From contig CM074516.1 in NCBI GenBank assembly GCA_037379345.1, positions 30,479,626 to 30,543,625 on the forward strand: a DNA stretch of 64,000 nt. Direction: 5' to 3'. The notes under the pieces are model-generated. The model was not told where the DNA came from and made no database searches. It was given only the letters and a program-made list of their open reading frames with translations. This document shows, piece by piece, positions 11,256-23,200 of this stretch. Numbering within the stretch: position 1 is the first letter of the stretch; every line of letters starts with the position of its first letter. Source of the stretch: Perna viridis. Its lineage: Eukaryota. Position numbers and translations under genes: made by a program.

Positions 11256-14200
11256 GTAAGTTTAGCTATTTTTATGGTAAGTTAAGCTTATTTTTGTGGT
11301 AAGTTTAGATTATTTTATAGTAAGTTTGGCTTAGTGTTAAGGTAAGTTTTTTTAATAATTATATATACTTCTAAATTATTTCGTTTAAAATTTGTTGCAT
11401 GCATATAAGTAGATAAGGCTCTAGGTTATTATAAATGTTCTCCTTAGAAAAAAGTGTATGCAAATGGCCTTATGTTATACATATAAGATCCTTGGATTAG
11501 AGTTTTACTTTCTATTTGACTTCCATCTATGCTATCATGGAACTCTGATACTTGATGTTACAATTTTTTGTTCTGCATTTTAGAGAAACACTTGTAAAAC
11601 TACACTTTTTTACCCAGATACATGTACCAGCATTTCCCATCACCGCAAACTATAAGATGGGCACTTGTCATTAAAATCGAGAGTCGGATTTTATATAATG
11701 ATATACATGTAAGTGGTTGTGTCATATGCCACATATCATGGTTTCGAATAACATCTTTCCCTTGACATGAATCGAAGAGGCGTCTCTTAATTTATTTATC
11801 ACTGAAATAATGTCAATCTTACTTAAAACTAGAAGAAAACGAATTTAATACAGTAACTGATAACTACTACTATTGCAAAATTTACGTTGTGCATCAATCA
11901 CGTGTACAAAATACAATGGGAAAAAATCAATATCTTTCAAATAGCAGAAAATCAAATTTACCACTTAAGATTTCTTAAGACTTTAGAAAAAAATAATAAA
12001 TAAGTTGGGTAGAATACATGTGACTGTATAGCTTTAATGTCAAGTTTTGCGCTTGTATTATCTTCTCGTACAAAAATTGTTGTCTGAGATTTAAGAAGGA
12101 CTCAACATCTGTGGAGCTATTTCAGCTTATTCTAACATGTTTGAGGATGTTGTCGAAATCGGCTTTGTCTAAATTCTCCTCTCTAATTTAATCTAAGGAC
12201 CAAATAATGCCAGTCAGTAAGAAGTGGTATTTCTGTATGGTGGTCAGAAAGTCTTGGCTAAGGCCAATAAAACGGTTTAGGACACACGATGTCGGTAGAA
12301 TTCTCTGTTAAATTGGCTCTTGGGTATAAAAGCAACTCTAATTCTATTAAACATGGCACTTTAATTGATAAATTGTTTATATTACATCAATCTTTATCAA
12401 TATTATTGTTGAAACTTCGAACACCTCACTTTTATCTCAATTATGTCAATAGTTCGTCAATTTTTATCAGTTTTTCGATAACGATGGTCCACGCTTTATT
12501 TTGGGTTTGGCCATGAGTAATAAATAAGTAACTGAGAACTTGACCCATGCGCACTCAGTGCGGCAGGATATAAGTAAAATCTTTAGATGCACATTCTTCG
12601 TTAAAGTTGAAACACTCAAACCAATGAGTAAAGTGCTGAAACATTTTAGGTCAATTTCCTGAGAGAAAAATGCATACTTTTTAAGAATACGTTCATCAGT
12701 AAGAAGTTTCTTCTATGGGTGGTTATCTTTAAGACCTCGCTGATAGTGACAATGATAATTATTTCAGTTGGGACGACCGGTGTTAATATAAATACATCAA
12801 CCATCAGTGAAAACCGTATAATATGCAAAAACAAGATAATGCTATCTCCCGACCAATTGGCCAAAGATAAGGGAACCTTAATAATACGACTATACCTATT
12901 TTATTACATGTATATCAATTTTATTACAAAAAAGTGAGATATATGTATACAACTTAATTCATGGAAATACCAGAGCAGAGTAATTGTTAGTCAATACCAG
13001 CTTTATCTTCGTCCTTTAATATAATTCTTACCTACTTTCTATAAACAAAAACAAAAATATGGATATAAATATTCTTTGTGGTTAGACAATTTATTACCTA
13101 TAGAAAATGGATATTATAGAAATCAATCTCAATGCTTCTTGCCTAAGAAAAAGTATTTTCACGTTCTAAGAACGAATATATGTGCTGTCATGAACCGCCC
13201 CTGCTTAAAGCCTGCGACACGTCTCTGACCCTTGTGTGATTAAGTACAAGGTCTGTAAGCTGTTACCTTCTTATGTCTAGTCGTTGAAGGTCAAATATCG
13301 AAAATATTCACTTATGTGACTATTCATATTGATATAAATTAAACATATTCAATTATAGTTGCTGTTTTGGTTTCATTAATCCAATTGATGCGAACAAAAT
13401 TGTAAGGAAAAATAATACATTTAACAACACGTGTTCGTTTTTGACTCCAATGCTACCATACAAACATACTAAACTTACGAAGATTGAAACCCTGCTTAAA
13501 AACAATTTATTTACATTTATACAGTAGAAATTTAGTTCATTACGACCTTAACATTACCGCAGTACATAAAATACAAATAGACCCTTTTGTGGTAAGTTGG
13601 GGAGCATGCTCAATATACGCTTCCACGAGGTAAAGCTTGGGTAGAGCAAAAGAATTTTCCTCGCGGAAGTGTATATTAAGCATGCTCTACGCATGCTCAT
13701 CGACTATCCCAACGTTAGCACAAAAGGGTCTATATAACAATCTGATCATTTGTTTAGGTTTGAGAAGTCAATAATCTTAGAAAATACTCAATGAGAAATA
13801 TTGATGAAAGAATCTGAACTTCAATATCATCCAGAAAATACTGTAGTAAAATCAAGAAAAAAATCTTCAGTAAAATCCAGAAAAATACTTCAGTAAAATT
13901 AAAATGTTAATACAAATGTGTACTCAACCATTTAACTGAGCAAATCTTCTGTTAATAGAGTAAAACATTGAAGGGTTTTCAAACTAAGCCAATCGAGTCA
14001 AGAGTACAAATCCACTATCAACTTACAGTGGTTGTTGTTCTCTTCTGAAATTCTCGTTTTTCCGTGGCAGTAACTTTTATTATAACATTCAAATTAGGCA
14101 AAAAAATGTCTATTCCTGTTACCATTCGTATCGTATCCTTTTTTGTGCTTATCCTAAACATAGTATGGCCAATTTAGGCACTAGCATCGTTTATAGAGTT

Positions 14201-17200
14201 CAGATTGTATCTCCATTAAGTCAATTGAGAAACAAAATAATATTTTTACCTACATGCGTACATACCATATTTTTTCTTGTTGGTAGCAAGAAACGAGATT
14301 ATTATTTTTGGGCATAATTTTAAAACCGTCGTCGCTCATGAGAGAACAAGACGTCTCTTTCAAGCATTTAAGGAACTCAACCCTATATTGTCCGCTGCAA
14401 AAATTATCCTTTAATTGAATTATCGGCATATCATTGTTTAATAATAACTGAAACAATCGGGTCCAGAACAGAAAGTGCAAATTTAAAAAAAAACTTCAAT
14501 CATTTTGACTATACCCATTGTATAGCTTGCATCAGCGAGAAACCACCTGTTTGCAGACAGTCGTCGTACCGAGAATTCTCAACAGACGATGCAATCTATA
14601 TATAAGTCAATGAGAAAACCGAGTATCTTTGATCTATAGCAAAAATGGCAATCACCAAGGCGGTGTAAGATATTTAGAATCGATTTTCTTTGATTTTTGG
14701 CCTAGAATACAAAAAGGGCGAATAAATTTGATTGTTTTAAACAGAGTTTTTATGTCTATTCGTATGCATTCTTATCAGATGAAGTTATGTCAGACGCGTG
14801 GGCGTGCTCTAACGCTCATCCGAACAGGTAATCACTGACTTATGCTTTAATTACACAATTTTGTACGATGTGTAAATAATGCAATGAAATTACATACAAC
14901 AGCACCTTGCTTGGTTATACCGAGAACCAAATTGACATAAATCTGGGAAACCACATTCCTAGAATCACGACCATACCGGGTATGTACGCGCGTACGGTAA
15001 CAGTATTAGTAGTATTTCATAGTACATTGACTTCCTGTCGATACACAGGGTAGTTTCGCTCCCCGGTTATTTTGAATCCCCCGATGAACACTTCGGTCAT
15101 CACTATGCAGTGCACTTTGTCTCCCAGCAATATTATATGACATATTTAAGATTTAAGCAGAGGAGTTATACTGCAAGTCTTTTTACTTAGGGAGAGCTAC
15201 AGTGGAGACCTGACGCCACTGTATGTCATATGCATTCATTGCACTTTGATTCGATCAATACATGTAGGTCATCCCAAGGTTACTATGTCATTTAATACAA
15301 GTCTTTCCTACATCTTACACAAATTTCAAAACCTGATGATAAAACATTGATAGATATACCTGTTATTGACCTTTTTAAATGTGGTAGATTAACACTGTCT
15401 CTTGTGAGAGGACACTGTCTCATGTGGGAGATTTTCTTGTAAAAAACAAATTTCTGATGTAAAAGTGCAATCATTTAGTATTATATTTATAGTAATTTTA
15501 ACCAAAACCCTTCATTAAATCTTTACATTTTTATGTGGGAAATTCTTAATTTTTATGTGACTCGGTGTTTCCCCAAATGCGGGAGGGTTAACAGGTTTGC
15601 ATATAGAATTATAAGTGTTCCAGCAGCGTTTTGCTGCATTTCAATATGAAGTGGCTTTAGGTGCCCATTGCATTGAAAATGAACATCAGTTCCAAAGAAA
15701 CTGAGATGATAAGACATTTGTCTGTGCTTTTGTTGCAAAAATATGGGTATTAGGGTAATTCAGGGTTTAAGTAATGGTGCAGACAGGGGGGATTAAAGTG
15801 GAGTGGTATATGTGTTTTTCTTGATGTGAAAAAAATTGCATGAATCTCAATTTTTCACAAATTACAACCCCAAAAATTAAACTTGATATTTTGATATTTT
15901 ACCATGCAATTTTCAGATCTGAAAGCTTGGATCTGCCCCAGGTTTATGACAAACCATGGTTAGGAGTACGTAACCTATTGATGTTATTTCTGCTTTTCTT
16001 TTCTTATGAATAAAGAAAGTGATATAAACAGTGTCTAGCAATTCTAGTTGAAATACTCTGAAGAAAAAAAAAGACACCATTTTTGGCAATAGGAACTAAA
16101 ACTGTACTAGGAAACCTGCTGAAGATTACCTGAATAGTATTCTCTCTCCCATGAATAATGCATTGAAATGGCATAAAGTTAGATTTTGCATGAAGATAAA
16201 CAATCATCAATCAATTATTTAATATCAGTTGTCTGACAGAGAACTGCCGGTAGGTGCTCTTATAGACCTGGGGATAACATTAACACATTTAGCTTGACAT
16301 TTGGTAAACTCATAACTAGAGGTAGGCAATACACATAATGAATGGCATAGTTCCCTTTGATGTTTGAGGTTACATTCATAGAAAAAGTGATTATGTCGGT
16401 AGCTATTTTGGTAATCTTTGTCTGATTTCTAATGTTCTGTCCAAGGTTACAGTTTGTGATATTTGAAAGTTGACAGATAATGAGATATTCCTGAGGCTGG
16501 CATTCGTATAATTTGTCTGAATTTTTTCCTACTTGTACTTGCAGTCTTGTATTGCAGTGTAGACAACTATAGATAGAGTTTCTTAATTATACCCCCACAA
16601 ACTTAGTTTTGGGGATATATAGGTTTTATCCTGTCTGTCTGTCCATCAGTCTGTCAGAACTATTTTCTAAGCATGTTGCTGCATTGTTATAAAACTTTGT
16701 GGGGTGTAATATAACCACATGGAGAAGTGACAGCTGTTTGAACTTTTTTCAGCAAAACTTGGTCTAATATTTTGTTCACTACTGTTTCTTAACAACTTGC
16801 AAGATTATAATGAAACTGAATTGAGTGTTAGATTATTGTATTGGGATTTGCATAATGTGCAGAATTTGGTTTGTAGAAAAATTGTAGAAATGATGGCTGT
16901 TGGACTTGGGTTCAGCAAAACTTGGTCTCATGTGTTTTTTGCAACTCATCCTCAAGAACTTGCAGAACTGTTATGAAACTTAATGGGGTGTTAAATTACC
17001 ATACTGGGATGTGCATGTTGTCAGGAATTTATGTTTAAATTAAATTTGCAGTCATATTTCTGTCACAGTGTTGTAAATAATAAAACAATAGTATATACAT
17101 ATTGACTGGGTGGGTATGAGGGAAATAGCAAGTTTATTGTTCCCCAAGACTGTGACTAGTCTATAAGTATTTTATTATACCAAAACATTAGACTTGTAAT

Positions 17201-20200
17201 ACATTTACTCCATATCCCTCCATTGGTCATAGTTGAATGATCATCTCAAAATGATTACCCAGAAAAATGTTTTTCACAATATTTTCAATTTGAATGTCAC
17301 TGATATTTTCCCGTCATCACCTCAAAATGTTCAAAACCCAGAAAACCATGCATCATTTTGCAATATTTTAATCTGAATGTTGTCTCATTGACCTTTTCAC
17401 CAGTAATACGTAGGAGTTTGAATTTTCAGAAAGTAGCCTTCAGCATCAATTACATGGTGTCTGTAAGATAAAGAACAGCAACAATGTACACATTTGAATA
17501 TTTTCTCGCAAACATTCAATTTCATCTGTGTTAAAGTGCAAGACTTGTTGAAGAGGGCGCCAGTATGTAGTATTGAGTGAAATAAAAACAATAAAGAGTT
17601 ATAAATATTATTTAATAATGTTATGAAATAACAATAAGTTAAGGAGGCAAACCTTGTCATTTGTGATTCAGCAGACAAAACGAGCAGACATGATAATTTC
17701 GGGGTTTTCATTAAGAGAGGGTGATGTCCGAGCGTTCCGAATAAATATAAAACTTTTGTCCAATCCAGTGACGGAACTAAAAATCCACGAAAGTGGTTGA
17801 CATTGCCGGTTAATAGTCTGAAAACTATGGACTGCTCAATAGTCAAACACTGAAAAAGGAGAAAAATAGCAATTTTACTGTAGAAAATTTTGTATTGATA
17901 TTTATATACTGAGGTATAGTAATACTGATTATGGTTTGGAGTAGGTTGTTTTAAAATTGGCAGCAATTTGTGTGTCAAAAGTGCTTAGTTTGTCCGTCAT
18001 AAAAATTGTGTCCTATATGAATTGTATATCCACATTGGTCTGCAAGTCCTAAATGTGCAGGGTTCAACATGCTGGGGGAGGTGGGGTATTATGGGCAATG
18101 TCTAGTTAGATGAAAGTTACATGTCATATATAGCTCTGAAGATATTTTTCTTGATATTATATTATTTAGGGGTTTTATTGTGTCTGGCATAATATTCACA
18201 ACTTTTCTACCAATTTTAAACCAGAGATTATCAAACACTTATTTTTTACACTAGACAAGACTTGATACCTTTTGGGCATATTTGTCTATTTGAATTGAAT
18301 GTTTAGACATTCAAAAATCTTAACAGTAAATATCAGCAAAAAATACCAATCACAGCATTAAAATACCAATCACAGCTTTAAAATATCAATCGCAGCATTA
18401 AAATATCAATCACAGCTTTAAAATACCAATCACAGCTTTAAAATATCAATCACGGCATTAAAATACCAATCACAGCTTTAAAATATAAGGACAATCCACA
18501 GACACTTGGATTTGAATGTATGGCCAGATCATGAAAATGGAAACTGACACAATATTTCTACACAATAAAGACATCAGAATAAAACACAATTACATACAAA
18601 ACTGAAGATAAGAAAACAAAACAACACTTAAAAAAAACTAAAACACTTCCAATATGAACTCCCTAAAAATGGGATTAATATCAGGTGCTCTGGAAGGGTA
18701 AGCATGCCCTGCTTTGCCAGCAGTGTCTATCACATTGCAAGTCCGTAAAATAAAAGTGAAATATTCTAAATACTCCTTAAGGACTTCAGATATAATTTAA
18801 AACATTATAATTCTTATCTAATTGTAGACATTTGATAATTGAGTCATAACAATATAAGAATCCATATGCTCTTATGTCAAAAGGAAGTCCTCGAACCTGA
18901 CTTTTCCGTAACACTTAACTCCAGTTAATATTGTCTTAATTTCATTGTAATTTCATTAATTTGTACTTGTAAAGATGGTTATCTTCTTTATTTAGGTTGG
19001 TGAATGTTACTTTAATTGGGGTTTAGTGGTTTTGTGTAACAAAAAACAACATTGATTTTACATTACAATGGAGTATTTTGTTGCTGCATATTGATTATTC
19101 ACCTTTCTTTTTCCCTACTCATAAAAGAAATGTTGATCAGTATTAAGGAAGCCTAACAGATGTTGAACCATGCACTTACTTTACATGTATCTATATATTT
19201 TTCATTCCAAGTTAGCATGTGTTGCAACATGTATCTAAATTTTTGCTATGATCAATACCTAAGTTGTATATTTAAAACATTAATGATATGTTTTTATATG
19301 TCTGTGTTTAAAAGTACAGGCCTGCTGCATATGGTGAAATTCGGATAAGAACTCCAATTTGATTACCATATTTTAGCAGAATATGCCCTATCAAGATCAG
19401 TATTGTTTACAAAGAATATTGAAGAAAGGCCAATCTAATTTCTACATCAATAACATTTGAAAAAGGCCCATTTTCAACTGAGAGGTATACAATCCGTGAA
19501 CCGATCATCTATTTGATGGTTCAATGACCAGTGAATGATCTGTTTGCAGATTTGTTCATGTAAAATTTTAGAATTTTCATTGTAATGAATCCAATATAAT
19601 ACCATATGAAATTTTTCTTAAATTTAATATATTAAATCCATATATTGTATTTCGTTAAAAAATAACAATTATAAAATAAAAATAGTTAATTGATGTTTAA
19701 ATCTGTTGCATTTAGTAAATATGCGTAAAAAATGGACAAACAAAGTAACAACAGAATCTGTAAAATATTTACTGCTCAAAGGTCATGTGATGTGATCGGT
19801 TTGAAGAATCATTAACTGATCGGAAATTGATTTGTGATCGATGACCCATCACCATAATAGTTGCAAGGATTGGTTTAGGAACTATAATTGTTTCATGTTT
19901 GTGATAAACTGAACAGTATTTGTTGACCTTCATTAGGGCAGAATTTGTTACATTTTACTTAATAAGAGTGAATGCACAAGACTGGGTAGTATGAAGTATT
20001 GAATTAGAAATCATGAAATTTTTTTAAAAATTTTTCAGGTGCCAGCAGTTTTGATTTTCACAGAAGGCACATTTTGAACCTCATTACTTACTTAAACAAC
20101 ACGAAGAAAGGATTACAATTTATTCCCGGAGTTGACAACAGAACACAAGCTTTAGTTCTATCAGGTAAGGCCAGCCTAAAATATCCTTGTTTACTAGATC

Positions 20201-23200
20201 TGACTCTACAAGTACTCAGAAGGTTGGTTTATAGATGTTTTATTTAGTTTCCAAATAAGACTCTTATACAAGTCCATTTAGAATCAGGGGTATTCTTCAT
20301 GTGAGCTTGCTCATATAATTTCTAGTTCATTTCAAAACAAGACTTTGTATGCAAATATTGTGTTACATTGACATTTTCATGTAACAAGTTTTTGAAAAAT
20401 GTCCCAAACAATTTTTTTAGAGTAATTTCAGGTGTATTGGTTGGGTATGGGAAACCAAGCTACATTTAACTTTGGCCTAATGCTATTTTGGGGTTTAGCG
20501 GTTTTGAGTAACAACTGATGATGTATACACCACATGCTATCCAATTTAGGAGATATCACCATGATAGTAGAAATGTTTGCTTAAATGAAGATACCTGTTA
20601 CCATGTAGGTTGGAAAAATGAAAAATTGTCACAATTTCATTTTATTTTGACTTTTGCAGCTGTTGTATAATGAAAAAAATTAATGCATACATTAAAGATG
20701 GCTTTTAAAATTTATCTGTTTCTGTAACATATTTCAAACTGTATAATATTGTATGAAAATTTTACATGTACTCTGTACATCTTGAGACTTGAAGATCAGA
20801 AAAGATACAAAGCAAAGGATTTATGTGCTTGCAATTTGTTAGTTTAAAGGTTAACTGATTAAAAAAATGTTGTAAGATTCATAATAAATAATATCTTACA
20901 TTAAATTGCTGCTTGAAGAAATTCATCATCCATCTTAATAACAGTTTTACCCAACTTTATAATGAAGATCTACCCCTTTAATTAACAAAACATATTATCT
21001 TAATTAATCTAAAGCATATCATTGCTAATAAAAGGCCCATCTTTCAACCTCTACTTACAGAAATGGCTATTAAATTGCTATATAAATGAAGATGATATAG
21101 ACTCCCAATGTAAACTCCTATTAGAATATAATGAAAAATGTACTCAGTATTCTTACTATAGGTCTGTTGACCACCCTTGGGGAATTTTTTTATTTCATGC
21201 AGTTTTTTTTAATGGAAGTTGTACCTTATGCCAAAGTTACTTGATATGGTTCCAGTTAGTTAAGGTCATTTCAATCCACCTGCATATAGAGGATATTGAT
21301 GCCCAGATTTTAATTTATGGTACATAATTTTTTTATTTCCATTACAAGTCTCCTTGCTTTATACCTATGCACCTATTTTGTGATTAAGCATACCCAAAAT
21401 ATTTTGGTTGCTTTTTGTAGACATTTTTCAAGTTTTACTGAATGCTTTTTATTACAATGAATAAATAGCATACCTATTACATATTTGTTAGATGCAATCT
21501 CAGATATTTTTTAGGTACTATATGTACCCAAAGATTCTAGATTAAACATACAAGTACCCATTTTGGATTCTTTTTGCATTCTCAGACATTTTTGAAGTAT
21601 AAGAACAGTACCGAAAGTTTCTAGATCAAGCATTTACCCCAAAACATCTTGGATGCTTTTTGCAATCTCATACATTTTTCAAGTATTACTCCCAAAAATT
21701 GAATAGACATACAAGTCTGCTAAGTATTAACATCATATTAAAACAAATGTGGTAGAAGTTAGATTTTATATCTGAAGGGGTTTGTTACACTGATTGACTC
21801 ATTGGATACATGTAATTGTATCGCTATTTCTTAGAAAAAAATGCAAGTGATTATTTTCTGTTGCAACTTGTGCATAATTTAACAGATTACTGGGAGTATT
21901 TCTATTATCATGACTCTAAAAGAATTACATAGTAATGTAGACTGTATGGTATTCAGGTAATCACTTGGATCATTATTGTCATCTAAGAATGAAGGATTTA
22001 TAGTTAATAGTTTAATGATGATTATCATTGCTGCACTTAATAACAAGCTATACACCCTGTGGGATGGATCCAGAAAGTTTGAAAAAAGTGGGTGCTTAAG
22101 GAGGTAGACCTAGGGTAAGGGACATAACTCTTGAAATCAGTGATATGTTTGTATCATATACAATTTTCGCCAAAACCTTTTAAGCTTTTCTCTGAAACAG
22201 AATAAAATCAGTCCAAGTCACTTTGATGCTTACATGAGATTGATGTAAAATAATGAATACAAACGTTCCAATGATTTCTAAGAGTTGTGTTCCTTACCCT
22301 AGATCTACCTCCTTAAGTTGGGTTCCAGGCTATTATTTGGTCTTTTTTGCTCAAATTTTGCATGAAATCAATATTTTCAAACAAAAAGGGGGGAGAAGGG
22401 GTCTAACCCACAGAATCTCCATTGATCTACCACTGCTTCAACATTTTATTGTGTCAGGAATAGCATTTATTGAGACCTACTGGTACTGAATACCTTAGCT
22501 ATGTGGTACCATTGTAATGCCAGGTACAGAAATATCTGAGAAGCCGCTGGCAGATCCAGGAGGGGAGTGCATGGGGTTAGCACCTGTCCTTTTAACTGGG
22601 AAATATGTCATTTTGATGTAAAATATACCAAAAAATGTTAAAAAAATAACCTAGCACCCCTCTTTTTCTGAGGTACATGTCTTGCACCCACCCTTTCAAA
22701 GTGTCTCGTTCTGCCCCTAGAAGCACACTTTTTGAAGAAAAAACAATGTTGAAAAACAACCCAAAATCTGGTTTGATCAGATTAATTTGTAAGTCTTGAA
22801 GATGTTTCATCTTCCAGGCAAAATAAAAATTGTTTATCCATACAATGTACATGCAAATTAATAGACTATAGGTATTCAGATTCCAACGTTGTATTTCTTA
22901 ATAAAACTGTGTTAAAGGTGACAAAAATTATAAAAATTGATTAGAAAATTCAATGTTGACCTTTTATACTATATTTAACAATAGTCCTACAACGAACAAA
23001 AAAAAAGTTCTTTCAGTCAAAAGGTGAATGTTTTGCTCATAGAGTGGTTAGTTTCTGTCCAAGGAAGAAAAACATTCTTTTATGGAAAGTTTTTTTGTCT
23101 CCCAAAAGTACAGCTATTATAGTTGCCCTTAATTTGAACCATTGATAGAAAAGATAAGAACAACTCGTTATATTAACTATTGATTAATTTAAAATCACCA

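Noticed and set aside
15000-15290. Alternative coding first exon in the intron 1 CpG cluster
   Set aside because: The ATGs there stop quickly and I found no convincing phase-1 donor.
17397-17978. Longest track ORF (193 aa, minus strand)
   Set aside because: Non-ATG start, no recognisable domain, AT-biased composition, antisense within NELL intron 1.
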